Positions 22,036 through 46,262 of a stretch of DNA of 64,000 nt are shown here, one piece after another. Each line of letters starts with the position of its first letter. Position 1 is the stretch's first letter. The position numbers and the translations under genes were made by a program. Under the pieces are notes generated by a model. That model worked only from the letters and a program-made list of their open reading frames with translations. It was not told where the DNA came from and did not search any database. The stretch is from NCBI RefSeq assembly GCF_009914755.1, contig NC_060940.1, one strand, 5' to 3'. Source of the stretch: the human T2T-CHM13v2.0 reference genome, Homo sapiens.

Positions 22036-22387
22036 AAAATAATTAAAGAGAAAACTAACTAAATACCTAATGAATACAAGTACAGCAATTCTTAGGAAGC
22101 AGAAGCACAGCAGCAGAAAGACATGCGACACTCACTCTTCAGTCCTTCTGCCAGCGCCTCTCTAAGGCATGATACCATAAAAACTATGGGATCTAATTTC
22201 AATAAATGCCTTCATTTCACAAAATATATATTAATATAAATGTCTTTCTGAAAATAAAAAGGATTGCTTTAATATCATATGTAACTCAATGAAATATAGC
22301 TTCTTATTTGAGCAACTTGTCAGAGCGCAATCACTACTGAAATCAAGAACACATGCACTTGAAAAGAGAAGCTGCCAGGTTCATTAC

Positions 22388-22468
22388 CTGGGGCTCTGGG
22401 GCTCCTCATCTTCATCTCCATGCATCAGATTCTGAACTAACTGGAGGATGCTCACCATATCTTGTCCA
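22388..22468 (-). pseudogene. PDXDC2P: Exon 4 (81 nt, GQDMVSILQLVQNLMHGDEDEEPQSPR)
   Basis: ctgcag|TGGACAA...CCCAG|gtaatg. Confidence 0.93.
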
Positions 22469-24858
22469 CTGCAGAATGAAAAGAGTTGATGGGCTGATGG
22501 GAACAGCACACATCCCCCGCCACTCTCCCGCTACTTCCCTCATTCAACTGGCGTTGCTTCAAGTTTTTTTTTTTCTTAAGCAACTATAAGAGAAAGAACG
22601 TGGTATATAGTTTATGCTTTTTAAAAAACAAAGCTCAAATTATAAACTGAATTCTGATATAAACTTACTTGTGGTTAAATAAATCTTCTACCTAATTATG
22701 AGTTTCATTTTAATAAATGTCACCAGTCTTTTTATTTTTATTTATTTTTTTGAGACAGGGTCTCACTTTGTCACCCAAGGTGGAGGGAAGTGGCATAATC
22801 TGGGCTCACTGCAACCTCTGCCTCCCGGGTGTAAGCGATCCTCCTGCCTCAGCCTCCTGAGTAGCTGAGATTACAAGCGTGCGCCACCACGCTCGGCTAA
22901 TTTTTGTATTTTTAGTAGAGATGGGGTTTCACCATGTTGGCCAGACTGGTCTTCAACTCCTGGCTTCAAGTGATCCACCCTCCTCGGCCTCCCAAAGTGC
23001 TGGGATTACAGGCATGAGCCACCACGCCCAGCCATTTTTTTATTTTTGGTAGAAACAGGGTTTTGCCATGTTGCCCAGCCTGGTCTCAAACCACCAAGCT
23101 CAAGCAATCCTCCTGCCTCAGCCTCCAAAAGTGCTGGGATTACAGGCCTGAGCCACCTTGCCCAGCCACCAGTCTTGCTCTAGCAACATTTCTACACATT
23201 TCATTTGAATCTTGGAGTACAAGACAGAGAATATTTAATAAGCATGTAATAAGAGCCAAAAGTCCTTATAATATGTACTTATAATATATAAGTGTATTAT
23301 ATACTATACATTATATAAAATATATTATATAAAATACAATATATAATCATCCTTAGTATAGTATAATGCTAGACAGTCACAGAACACTCCAATGCCACTG
23401 GTATATCTAATTTTCCTCCATAGGGATCTTGTCCGTTTGGACTAACAGCCTCTAACAATGCAAGCTTCATTTATTACCAGCTCTTCCCCAAGCTGGGAAC
23501 CTTGAGATCTGCTTAGAGTATAAAAACATTTTACTTCTATCCAAGATACGCTGCTATGAAATGCTCATTACATGAGGAGATGGAAAGTTATGAAAAGAAT
23601 TCGAACGGCTGAAGTAGCAAGCAATGGCAAGGCAACTTGCAACAGGAATAACGCAGGGCTATTCGTCTGTTAATGAGAATAGACTAAAAAGAGGTTTCCT
23701 CTTTCAACAAAGGAAGCGCCATCAAAACAGTGTCCCCAAACCAATTGTCCCCAAGGTGCTGCCCTTCAAGTGAGAGGGGCTCTGGGCCTTGGACACTGTA
23801 GAGATCGGAGCAGGCAGGGGCCCTTGAGGCACACTGGCTGCCTGCCACATGACCTCGAGCAAGCTATTCCAACTTGCCAAGCCGGACGTTATGGATTTGG
23901 GAGGCTTCAGACAGTGAAGGTATGGCACTTAGCTGTGCCTGGCATGTTACTAGTCTTGAATGCTGGGTGGTAGCACTCCTAAGTGTGAATCCTCCTAGTG
24001 AGTGGCTTAAGGCTGAGAATTACAGATGCTGCTGGGAGTATCTCTCCTGGGAAAACTTCCGTGGAATTAGGAGACTAAACCTTAAAACCTTTGGTTTCCA
24101 TCAGTAGGGCTGGAATGAGGAGATTTTATAGGACCCGCCTCCTGTTCTGAGCTGAGAATGCACTTCACACCTAGCTTCACATCAGCATTATTCATGCTAC
24201 GAATAGGAGTGACTGTTTTAAAGTATTAGTATCTCGGCGTGTTATTGGCACACTGTGATCCTTCCTCCATACTTTTCTTTTGCAACCTGGTTCAATCTAT
24301 ATTCAGGTCAAAGGATATTTAAGGGAGTTGTACTGTTTACTTATGTGCAGTTTCCTGGTTATAACAGGAAAAAAAAATAAGTTTGTCTCAGGGAAGCTGG
24401 GCTGGGATACTAATCCCAGATTAACTGCTAATGTCTTGTGAAAATTTTAGTCAGCTACTTACTTTTTTGCTATTTTTCCTGCTACTCAAACATGACAGAT
24501 TTGCTTCAGTTGCCAAAAAATAAGTAATTTGACATTTTCCTTTCATTTACATTATGAAAACAATAAATCTTATCAAATTAAAATACCTCTTAGAATAAAA
24601 CTCAGTCTACCAAATAGATGACAGGTTTCAAGAGTGAACTAAGTATGACACACCAGTTATAATGATGAATTTGTATATCACTTTTATTTTATTTGACAGG
24701 GTCTCGCCATGTTGTTCAGGGTGGCCTCGAACTCCTTGACTCAAGCCATCCTCCTGCCTCAGGCTCCCAAGCAGCTGGGACTACAGGTGTGCACCATGGT
24801 GCCTAGCTCCATGTATCACTTTTGAGTCATGAGGTTGTATTAAATTGTTGGTTTTCTA

Positions 24859-25173
<315 letters not shown>

Positions 25174-25833
25174 TCAGGCTGGAATGCAGTGGTACAATCA
25201 CAGATCGCTGTAACCTTGAACTCCTGGGCTCAAGTGATCCTCCGTCCTTGGCCTCCCAAAGTGCTGGGATTAAAGGTGTGACCCACTGTACTCAGCCTCT
25301 ATTAAATTCCAAATGGGAGAGGGAGAGAAGCCAGCAGGTGCGGCAATATCACCAACCAGCCAACGACACTTCAGTTTTCTAATGTTATACTGCACATAAG
25401 TCTATTTAAATTTGCTATGTGTTCATTAAAACTAAAACCATAAATCAATGATGATAAGACACTGGTTTAAGAAAAATGTAGGCCGGGCACAGTGGCTCAC
25501 ACCTGTAATCCCAGCATTTTGGGAGGCTGAGGTGGGCAGATCACCTGAGGTCAAGGTCAGGAGTTAGAAACCAGCCTGGCCAACATGGCAAAATCCCATC
25601 TCTACTGAAAATACAAAAATTAGCCAGATATGGTGGTGCACGCCTGTAATCCCAGCTACTCGGGAGGCTGAGGCACAACAAAGAACTGCTTGAACCCGGG
25701 AGGCGGAGGTTGCAGTGAGCCCAGATTGCGCCACTGCACTCCATCCTGGGCAACAGAGCACGACTCCGTCTCAGAAACAAACAAACAAAAATTTACACCT
25801 TAACTAAAGGTATGGATCCTCAGTGCCACCTAC

Positions 25834-25899
25834 CTGCCCTGGAGTGGGCCTGGAATATCTCTGGATATGAGCTTCTTTCCATTTTCCTCTTCTGTTCTT
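25834..25899 (-). pseudogene. PDXDC2P: Exon 3 (66 nt, RTEEENGKKLISRDIPGPLQGS)
   Basis: aattag|AAGAACA...GGCAG|gtagg; phase 2-2. Confidence 0.93.
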
Positions 25900-26412
25900 C
25901 TAATTTAAAGAAAAGAAAAAGCTGTTCATTTGTTTCATCATACCAAATTTCTAACGCCTGAACATGCAAACATGACCATGTTGCCTATAACCTCCCAGTG
26001 ACTGAGGCAGGATTTCAAACACATTTATCACATCTCCCTGCCTCCAGTTTCAGGTATCATTTGAATTTCTGGAAAAGACAAGAATATGCAACAAAAAAGT
26101 TCCACCCACTTCTTGTTTACTTGGTGCTCTATATGACCTGAATATATAATAAGTATTTATAGAGTCAAATCAATATATTAAGTAAATGAAACTCTTAATA
26201 GACAGAATTAAATAGTATAAGTCTTTCCTCTCAATTTCAAAATCCTTTAATTACAAGGCACCTTTTACCCAAGACAAACACCAATTTTCAAGTCAGCCGA
26301 AGCTGTGTGTGACACTGTGAAGCCAAGAGGCACCTTTAACAGAAAGAACCCAGAGCCACTGGCTTCACAGCAGGCTGAACTCGTTGAACAGGGTCACCTC
26401 TGTCCTACTCAC

Positions 26413-26486
26413 CTCTGACTGTCCTCCAGCATCTTCACTGCCTCCTTCAAGTTTTTTCCCATTTCAGCTAACGTGGGGTCTGCTAT
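26413..26486 (-). pseudogene. PDXDC2P: Exon 2 (74 nt, IADPTLAEMGKNLKEAVKMLEDSQR)
   Basis: ttccccag|ATAGCA...CAGAG|gtgagt; seen in ORF 26409..26600. Confidence 0.95.
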
Positions 26487-28201
26487 CTGGGGAAAAAAAA
26501 AAAAAGAAAGAAATTTTAATAATCCTCTATTACCTCTACAACACAATTCACCCAGAAAAATTAAGTGCATAATTTCTTCTGGATTTACTGTGAAGTACAT
26601 GATTTTAAAACCTGCAATAGTACAAAAGTATAACAGAAAAAGTAAAAGTCTTCCAGCCCCACTTCCTAGAGGAAGCTGCTGTTTTTATTTTTATTTTTTG
26701 AGATGGAGTCTTACTCTGTTGCCCAGACTAGAGTGCAATGGCATGACCTTGTTCACTGCAACCTCTGCCTCCTGGGTTCAAGTGATTCTCTTGCCTCAGC
26801 CTCCCAAGTAGCTGGGATTACAGGCACACACCACCATGCCCAGCTAATTTTTATATTTTTAGTAGAGACGGGGGGTTTCACCATGTTGGCCATGCTAGTC
26901 TCGAACTCTTGACCTCAAGTGATCTGGCCACCTTAGCTTCCCAAAGTGCTGGGATTGCAGGTGTGAGCCACCGTGCCTGGCCTCCTTAAGTTCCTTTTGA
27001 ATTTTAGTGCCATGTGTACACCTATCTCCCATCCAAAAAGTAAACAAAATAGAATTTAAATTTTTCTGCAGAATTATAATTTTTTCACCATTCATTCTGG
27101 GAAGAACCACGTGAGGCCAAAACCAAGGACCCTACCCTTCTTCACTTGGTACCACCTTCCCACTTGACAAGTTACAAGTCCCATGGGGGTAACCACAAGG
27201 TCCCCTCAGCCTGGCCATTGTACACAGCCCCAGGGTACCGGCAACGCATGACCTACACTCCAAGGCAACTGGACAACTTGGTCTTTGGTAAGATCACTAA
27301 TGATAACAAAGTGAGTCAGCTTCGCTTCAGACAAGCAATGTGGCAGTGATACAAAGACATGCTATTTTGACAAATATTATTTTTGAGACAGTCGCTCTGT
27401 TACACAGACTGGGGTACAGTGGTTTGATCGTGGCTCACTGCAGCCTTGACCTCCAGGGATCAAGTGATCCTCCCACCTCAGCCTCCTGAGTACCTGGGAA
27501 TACAAGTGCTCGCCACCATGCCTTGCTAATTTTCACAATTTTTTTGTAGATACAAGGGTCTCATTATGCCGCATAGGCTGGTCTCAAACTCCTGAGCTCA
27601 AGTTATCCTTCTGCTGGGATTACAGGCTGAGCCACTGTGCCCGAACTTTTTGCAGAATTAAAACATACACATTCATTTTCCTTTCTCTATTCTTAATCTC
27701 TGTAGTTATTTTTAGGGAGAAAATTCTTGTTGACTTCAATCTCTATGTAGTATGAGTTGTGTTATAACAATAAATTATATATATTACATATAATACATAT
27801 AATATCATATATAAGTTATAGCTCTTTTGTTCCCCTCTTACTCTTCTAAGTGTGCTGCTTAAAGGAAGAGCTGTGTTTACCTTTTCCTATTGCTCACTGT
27901 ATCTAGCAATATCTTACAGCATGGCATACAATACGTACATATTTAAAACTGCATTGCCTCCTCAAAATTGTTTTTAAGAAATTCCACTCCATTTATCAAC
28001 ATAAGATTCAGAAATTGTTACATTCTAGAAGGGACCTAAGGGATCTAGTCCAGGGATTTTCCAGCTGTGTTCTCCTGAGCCTTAAGGTCCCTGGGAGGAC
28101 TCTGAGAAGGAAGGGTTAGGTAAGCAGTTGGGGCTTCTAACTCCCTAGCAGATCAGCTCTGTTTTGTATAACAGGGTTTTGAGTAAAGTTTTTATTTGTA
28201 A

Positions 28202-31091
<2,890 letters not shown>

Positions 31092-31173
31092 AAAAAGTGT
31101 CATTGAAAAGAAGAAAAAAATTCTTTGGGAGGCCAAGGCAGAAGAATCACTTGAGGCCAGGAGTTTCAGATCA

Positions 31174-31344
<171 letters not shown>

Positions 31345-33207
31345 TCAAAAAAAAAAAAAAAAGTATAGCATAAAAACGTCTGATTCTGGTCTAACATTTT
31401 GGAGGTGAGGAAACTAAGATGCAGAGAGGTTAAGCGACTTGCCTATGGTCATGGAGCTAATAAATGACAATGAGGTGCCAAAACCTGGGGTCCCTGACTC
31501 CTGTTTCTGACCTCTATTATATCACACTGGCTCCCACAAGGGCTTACAAGGTAATCATTTAGCCACGACCAAATTTTTAGATAAAATAGACAAATTTTAA
31601 AACAAGTGTTTTCAATAAAATTCACCACTTTAACTATGAGAAGGCTCAGAAAGCACTCGAAAAAGGCCTCAGTGCTGACAGTGAGGAGAATGAGGAATAT
31701 GATGGTCAAGAGAATTTATCTTCACCCCTGAGTCAGCTGGTGATGCTCCTGACGATCCTCACTGCTGTGACACTCCCATGTGTCCCCTACCACCTAGCCA
31801 AATGATAAGATAAACAGTTTGGCTTGATTCACACCTTCATGCTCCCAACGACCATCCTGTCTGAAACATCCTCATGACTTTTATCTATCTCTCTCCTAGC
31901 ACCTATTCAATTACAAGTCAATAATTCCAGGAAGCCTTTACAGATAAAGCCACTTTTGCTCTTTCCCATCCCCTCTAACAATACTGATGCCTTTTTTCCT
32001 AAACCAAAAATCTAGATTTGTTGCTTAACAATGTTGGTTGTATTTATGGGGACAATGGGACAGAATGCTTGCAGTTGTTGCGGCTGCCATTTATCCTCAT
32101 GATTCCTTACACCCTTTACTGTGAATTGTTTTATAGATGTGCTTTCCAGTATAAATGTGCTCTCCAATTAGATTACAAGCTTCTTGAAGGCAAGGATTCA
32201 GACTCCTACTAATTTTGACTTCTCTTTAGACCATGGGTCTAAAGTTAGCTCAATTCTCCAATTGTCATATTAACCTGAAAATCCCTTAGGAAGGCATGCC
32301 AGAGTGGATATCAACATACTGTTCTCTAAGTGCAACACAGCTATTTCTTTCAACAGAATTATAATGAATATTTCCGTTAAGAATAGATAAAATATGCCAG
32401 GTGTGGTGGCTCATGCCTGTAATCCCAGCACTTTGAGAGGTCAAGCCAGGAGGATCAGTTGAGTCCGGGAGTTTGAGATGAGCCTGGGCAACATGGCAAA
32501 ACCTCATCTCTACAAAAAATACAAAAAAATTAAGCCGGGCATGGTAGTGCATGCCTGTGGTCTCAGCTACTCAGGAGGCTGAGGCAAGAGGATTGCTTGA
32601 GCCCAGGAGGTCAAGGTTACAGTGAGACAAGATTGTACCACTGCCTGGGTGACAGAGCAACAACCTGTCTCAAAAAAAAAACAAAAAAAAAATAGACAAA
32701 ATACAGCTTAGGCAATGTGACAAAACCCCATATCTGCAAAAAATACAAAAATCAGCCAGGCGTGGTGGTGCATGCCTGTAGTCCCAACTACTTGGGAGGT
32801 TTAGGTGGGATGATCACTTGAGCCTGGGAGGTTGAGGCTCTGGTGGTGAGCCATGATCACACCACTGCACTCCAGCCTGGTCAAAAGAGTGAGAACCTGT
32901 CTCGACAACAATACACACACACACATACATATCTATATACATATATATACACACAAAATAGTTTAGAAGCCGCATTGTGTGAACATGCATTTATAAACAC
33001 TAAAATCCCATGTAATGACAAGCTGCTTAAACTGAAAGGCAGGAGGGAAATGCAGATTCACAATCCCCAGGTGAATCTCTGACTCTGGAGTGCACATGCA
33101 GTTTACGTAAATGTAAACTGGCTTATGTTTAAATTGTTCTTGCTGGCCGGGCGCAGTGGCTTACGCCTATAATCCCAGCACGTTGGGAGGCCGAGGTGGA
33201 CGGATCA

Positions 33208-33423
<216 letters not shown>

Positions 33424-33792
33424 TCAAAAAATTAAATAAAAATAAATAAATCGTTCTTGCTCTTCAGGGAGTAAGCCCAGGGGGGAGTGGGTGGGTAGGA
33501 AAAGCAGCACTGATAGTTAAGTTTGGGTGAATAAATGTGAACAATGACTCCAATGCCATAGACCCTCACGTGTTTGTTGCATTAATTGGATAATTCAAAA
33601 TATAAAGTATTATCCAGTTTCAGGATAATATTAAGATCTAAACCAATGAATGCTCTATGAAAAGTTGTAGATTAACTGATCCCTTAAAACTAAAAACAGC
33701 GTCTTCATAAGCTTCTACTGAGGGCAGCTACCACTTTCTTCATCACATTTCTTATCCTCAATAGCTGTGGGCAATGCCAAAATAGCTGTATG

Positions 33793-37204
<3,412 letters not shown>

Positions 37205-38326
37205 TCAAAAAACAAAAACAAAAAAACAAAGGAAAAACAGTATTCTATGTCAAGTTCCTGGGAAGAATGTCAAATAATTTCTGAATCCCTTCGCACTGAG
37301 TGCAGGGTCAGACAGAGTAAGTATTCAATCAGATTTATGATCCTTATAATTACTAATACTTACTGGGTTGCTTACTATATTCCAGGCATTGTGCTAATAA
37401 TTAACGCCTCTACACACATTACTTCCTCACAAGCCCCAAATCATAGTACATTTTAGAGCCAGAACTTAAAACTAAGTAAAATTCTAGGACCAGTGCTCTT
37501 AACCACTGGGCAATACTGCTTCTCAATTTTATCAAGTAAGTAAATGAAGCAACTCAACACTTTAAAAAAGCTTGTACTCAAAAATCATATTTAGAACTAA
37601 GGTTTAATTTTAAAGATTATCCTTGCTTGATTAATGTTTTCACCTGGGAAGAAACTGACTCTTTACAGGGAAAATTTCTACTTTACAACAGTCTCAACTA
37701 GATGGCCGTAAACTCATCATCCAGATCAGGGCATTTTTTTTTTTTTTCCCTTTTTCCACCAACTCTTAAACCCAAGCATTTTTAAGAGTGAAAGCATGGC
37801 CAGGCATGGTGGCTCACACCTGTAAAACCAGCACTTTGGGAGGCCAAAGCAGGGCAGATCACCCGATGTCAAGAGTTTGAGACCAGCCTGGCCAACATGG
37901 TGAAACCCCGTCTCTACTAAAAATACAAATATTAGCTGGGCGTGGCAGTGTGCGCCTGTAGTCCCAGCTACTCAGGAGGCTGAGGCACAAGAATCACTTG
38001 AACCTGGGAGGTGGAGATTGCAGTTAGCCAAGAACGCGCCACTGCACTCTAGCCTGGGCAGCAGAGCAAGACTCTGTCTCAAACAAAAATCCCAAAACCA
38101 AAAAAAGTGCAACAAAGCATTTACAGAGTGGGTATACCTACATGCACATTTTCTGATAGATACTAATTGCTGAGAATTTAGACACAGTTTTACCTCTCTA
38201 CAAATTCATAAATTATATTTCAAGTACAGTTAATTCTGTTGTATAAATGAAGTGGGTTCAATATTTTTGCTACAATTTTATCTAACACAGTTGCATGATA
38301 GGTATGATTTAATTCTCCTTTCCTAA

Positions 38327-38482
<156 letters not shown>

Positions 38483-39287
38483 TGAGTAGCTGGGATTCCA
38501 GGCGCCCGCCATCACACCCAGGTAATTTTTTTGTATTTTTAGTAGAGATGGGGTCTTACCATGTTGGCCGGATCAAACTCCCGCCCTCAGATAATCTGCC
38601 TGCCTTGGCATCCCAAAGTGCTGGGATTACAGGCGTGAGCCTCTGCACCCAGCCAGAACTGAGACTTTAATAGTTAGCTCATTTTATAAAACAAGCCCTA
38701 CTATTCATACCTTCATGAGCATTTTTTACAAACTTTTTTTTTTTTTTTGAGACATGACCTCGCTCTATCGTCCAGGCTGTCACAGTGGCGTGATCATAGC
38801 TGGCTGCAGCCTTGAGTTCCCGGGCTCAAGTGATCCTCTAACCTCAGCCCCCTGAGCAGACATGGCTACAGGCACATGCCACCACACTTAGCTAATTTTT
38901 AAAAATTTTTTGGAGAGACATGGTCCTACTATGTCACCCAGGCTGATCTCAAACTCCTGGCTTCACGAGCAATTCTCCTGCCTTGGCCTCCCAAAGTGCT
39001 GAGATTAGAAATGTGTGCCACAGTGCCTGGCCAAGAATCGTTTTTATGCTAGGTGATTTTTATCACTTTCAGACAGTATGGGATATTAAAATACTCCCTC
39101 ACTACCAGAAGAAATATTACATATGTAATGTTAAAATTGCTTAAAAGTTCTGACAATTTAAATGTTGGAGGAAAAGTCAAGAATCAAATGCAAAGTAAGA
39201 TGGTAAAGGAGGTCAAGGAGCAACTCTCAATTTTTCAAAAAAGCTAATGGAAAATTATAAATTGGCAAGGCCGGGTGCGGTGGCTCA

Positions 39288-39588
<301 letters not shown>

Positions 39589-40218
39589 CTACAATAGAAA
39601 TAAAAGGTGTCTTTAGAGCCTAAGATTTGGGAATTAATGAACTAGTCACTTTAAAATTTTTTTCATCTTAGGCTGGGAGCAGTGGCTCACACCTGTAATC
39701 CCAGCACTTTGGGAGGCCGGGGTGGGCAGATCACGAGGTCAGGAGTTCGAGACCAGCCTGGCCAAGATGGTAAAACCCCATCTCTACTAAAAATACAAAA
39801 ACTAATCGGGTGCAATGGCGGGCACCTGTAATCCCAGCTACTCAGGAAGCTGAGGCAGGAGAATCGCTTGAACCCAGGAGGTAGAGGTTATAGTGAGCCA
39901 AGAATGCACCACTGCACTCCAGCCTAGGTGACAGAGCAAGACTCTGTCTCAGGGGAAAAAAAAAAAATCTCATCTTTTGAAAACACACTAATCAACACTT
40001 TTCCTCAGTTAAACCAGTTCACCAAAGTGTGAATTTAAAAAATTATACATTTGGCCGGCAGCGGTGGCTCATGCCTGTAATTCCGGCACTTTGGGAGGCA
40101 GAGGCGGGCGGATCATGACAGGAGTTTGAGACCAGCCTGTCCAACATGGTGAAATCCCATCTCTACTAAAGATATAAAAAATCACCTGGGCGTGGTGGTG
40201 TGCCTATAACCCCAGCTA

Positions 40219-40458
<240 letters not shown>

Positions 40459-41269
40459 ACTTTTATGTGATTTGGGAAAAAAAAAAACCCACACAAACAC
40501 ACACCTCAAATCCCAGAATTTAGAGACATTACAGTTGAGCACAAATCTAAGTTAAAAAAAAAAAAAAAAAGGCGGGGGTGCAGGGATGGGATAGGTGGGT
40601 AAAGAGGGCTAGAGTGACAGAAAGCAGGGCAGGGATCCACTGCAAAGGGACATAGGGACATTTTCAGGGAGACAGAAATGCTCTGTACCTTTTTTGGGGT
40701 GGGTGGGTAGGGGACTTATTTTCTGAGACAGGGTCTCACTCTGTCACCCAGGCCAAGTGCAGCGGCACTATCGTGGCTCCCTGCAGCCTCACCCTCCTGG
40801 GCTCAAGCGATCCTCTCACCTCAGCCTCCCAAGTAGCTGGGACTACAGGTGCATGCCAACAAGCCTGGCTAAGTTTTTATTTTTTATAGAGATAGGGGTC
40901 TCACTGTGTTGCCCTGGCTGCCCTCAAACTCCTGGGCTCAAGAGATCCTCCTTCCTTGGCCTCCCAAAGTGTTGAAATTACAGGTGTGAGCCACTGCACC
41001 AGGTCAATGCTTTGTATCTTGATCATGCTGGTGGTAATATCACTATATACAACTTCCAAAACACAAACTATATAATTAAAATGGGTATATTTGTTGTACG
41101 TAAACTGTCCCTCAATTTTTCATAAAGGGGAAGTAAATTGATGTAAAGTAGATTTAAAAGAAAATACTAAGCAAATAATAGTATAGGTGGTACAGTGATG
41201 TGGCCAAATTCACAGATGGTACATGAATAACTGACATGAATAACTGCTGTTTAAGAGATACAGAGCTAA

Positions 41270-41485
<216 letters not shown>

Positions 41486-41950
41486 TAGCCATGATGGCCT
41501 CGATCTCCTGACCTCATGATCTGCCCGCCTCAGCCTCCCAAAGTGATGAGATTACAGGCATGAGCCACCATACCTGGCCAAGAGAAGGCTTTTAAGAGAA
41601 GCAGCCTCTATAACAAAGAAAGTCTAAAATTTATTTTTAAAAGTATATTAATTGAAACATTCATCAGTGCTGGAAGTATATAATACTTTCGTTTCAACAA
41701 AGTTTTTTTTTCAGGAGAGGAATGTTCTTATTTGGGGGACTTTTAGGACTTATTTCGGAGGCCTCTTAGGGCTAACTAAAGAGAAACCAGCTGCTCATAT
41801 TAGAAGACCTTGGAGTTATCAGATGCTAGTTTATACCATATGCATTAGACATATAAAAAATCACCACCTACTTTCGGCTGAGATAAAAAGCAAGAGGTAA
41901 AGCTCCAGACAGCTGTTCCTAACTTAACTACTCTTGCCTCCCACAGCTTT

Positions 41951-43577
<1,627 letters not shown>

Positions 43578-45217
43578 GGATTGTTAGCGAGCGATCAAAT
43601 CAGAAAGGTAAAGATGAAATGCTTTTCCTGTTTCTTATCTACCAGCAATAATATGAGGCACACTCGTAAAGGTCTGCATTACATTTACAATTAAACTCTA
43701 GAAAAGCATAATTCTGAGCTAAATATTCTGCCTAAAGAATCTCTTCCACATAATCTTTCCTGGTCTCTTGCTCCTTGCACTCACAATTTGTTTCTTAATT
43801 CCTATGCTTTTTATCCCTTTCTATACAAGGATTTGTCCAAAAAAAAGTATACTCCCTTACCAGAACGCGACCTCCTGCAGGGGCCACATCTTACTCACCT
43901 TGTGTCTCTGTCAGCACTCAGCACTGGGCTTTGACCACAGCTCACCTTCGATTAATAAAAATTATAAATCAAGGCTGGGTGCAGTGGCTTACACCTGTAA
44001 TCCCAGCACTTTGGGAGGCCAAGGTGGGCAGATTACTTGAGGTCAGGAGTTGGAGACCAGCCTGGCCAACATGGCGAAACCCCGTCTCTATTAAAAATAC
44101 AAAAATTGGCCGGGTGCGGTGGCTCACGCCTGTAATCCCAGAACTTTGGGAGGCTGAGGCGGAGGTCAGGAGATCGAGACCATCCTGGCTAACACTTGGT
44201 GAAACCACATCTCTACTAAAAATACAAAAAATTAGCTGGGCGTGGTGGTGGGCGCCTGTAGTCCCAGCTGAGGCAGAAGAATGGCATGAACCTGGGAGGT
44301 GGAGCTTGCAGTGAGCCGAGACTGTGCCACTGCACTGCAGCCTAGGCCACAGGGCGAGACTCCACCTCAAAAAAATAAAAAATAAAAAAAACAAAAATTA
44401 GCCGGGCGTGGCACAAAAATAATCCCAACTACTCGGGAAGCTGAGGCAGGAGAATTGCTTGAACCCAGGGGGCAGAGGTTGCAGTGGGGCAGAGGTCGCA
44501 CAGAGGTGAGATCGCAGCACTGCACTCCAGCCTGGGTGACAGAGCAAGAGTCCGTCTCAAAAAAAAATTATAAAACAAAACAGGTTTCTGCTTTAGGTGA
44601 CAACAGATGAAATCAAGCTCAAGCAACTTCTACCTATAACTCATATAATCCTAGATATAGTGGAGCAAAGACGGAAATGGGACCATCAATAGCTCTGCCA
44701 CTGACTTCCCCTGCAATCTTGAATAAATCAAGAATGAACAAAGCCATAAATATCTAGGATCAGGAACTTTGTACTATGGCCGAGTCCCATCAGTTTTCCC
44801 TGACAGCCAGTATTAGATAATCATTTACAGCCATAGCCACCATGCATCTGTATGCAAAACCCTCACATTATAACATTGGAATTGGCTTTATATGAAAGCT
44901 ACAATTACAGCCTCTCATCTCCTCTCACTCTTTCAACCTTGCCTAACAGGGGTTCTTTTCTCATGCTTTTTAAGGAAGGAGCAGGAATAGAAATTCTCGG
45001 AGTCCTTATCAGTAAGTAATGATCAGGAATGTTCCATTGATGCTGCTATAAACCTCTAGCATAACAGCAAGGTGACAAAGAATTTTCTAAAATCAGGCCC
45101 AAATAGCAGGAAAGAAACACTTAGCTCGGGATGAGTTCAAGAACCAAAAATGGGCTAAGTTGTGCTGATTTAGGTCAGAAACAGGGTCAAAGTTGCCTCT
45201 TTCAGAGATGAGAATTA

Positions 45218-45745
<528 letters not shown>

Positions 45746-45762
45746 CTCTAGATTCCCTAAAT

Positions 45763-45982
45763 TAGGGACTTTCAACGACAGGCAATTCCCTCTACCCCTT
45801 GGGGGACAACTGCCCCCATCTTGAGACATTTCCTATTGTTACAACTGGGGGTAGGGAGTGCGACTAGCATCTACTGAGCAGAGGTCAGGGACACCGCTAA
45901 GCATGCTGCCATGCACAGGCCAGCCCCCATAACAGCAAATTATCTGACCCAAAATATCAGTAGTGCTGACGCTGAGAAACTG
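45763..45982 (+). mobile_element. MER20 (hAT-Charlie)
   Basis: GCACAGGCCAGCCCCCATAACAGCAAATTATCTGACCCAAAATATCAGTAGTGC matches the MER20 3' half. Confidence 0.7.
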
Positions 45983-46106
45983 CTTAAAGTTTGCTCAAGG
46001 ACAGAATTAAAGTAAATGCAAACAAACTGCAGTATACCTTGCCTAAACATAATACCCAGGAAGAATGACATCTTTTAACCAACAGAAAAAGGTCTGGGCT
46101 ATTCTA

Positions 46107-46262
<156 letters not shown>

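Noticed and set aside
23560-24400. Non-Alu, moderately GC-rich intronic stretch that might be an enhancer or extra exon
   Set aside because: No recognisable motif cluster, repeat family or exon structure could be supported by eye; conservation data would be needed.
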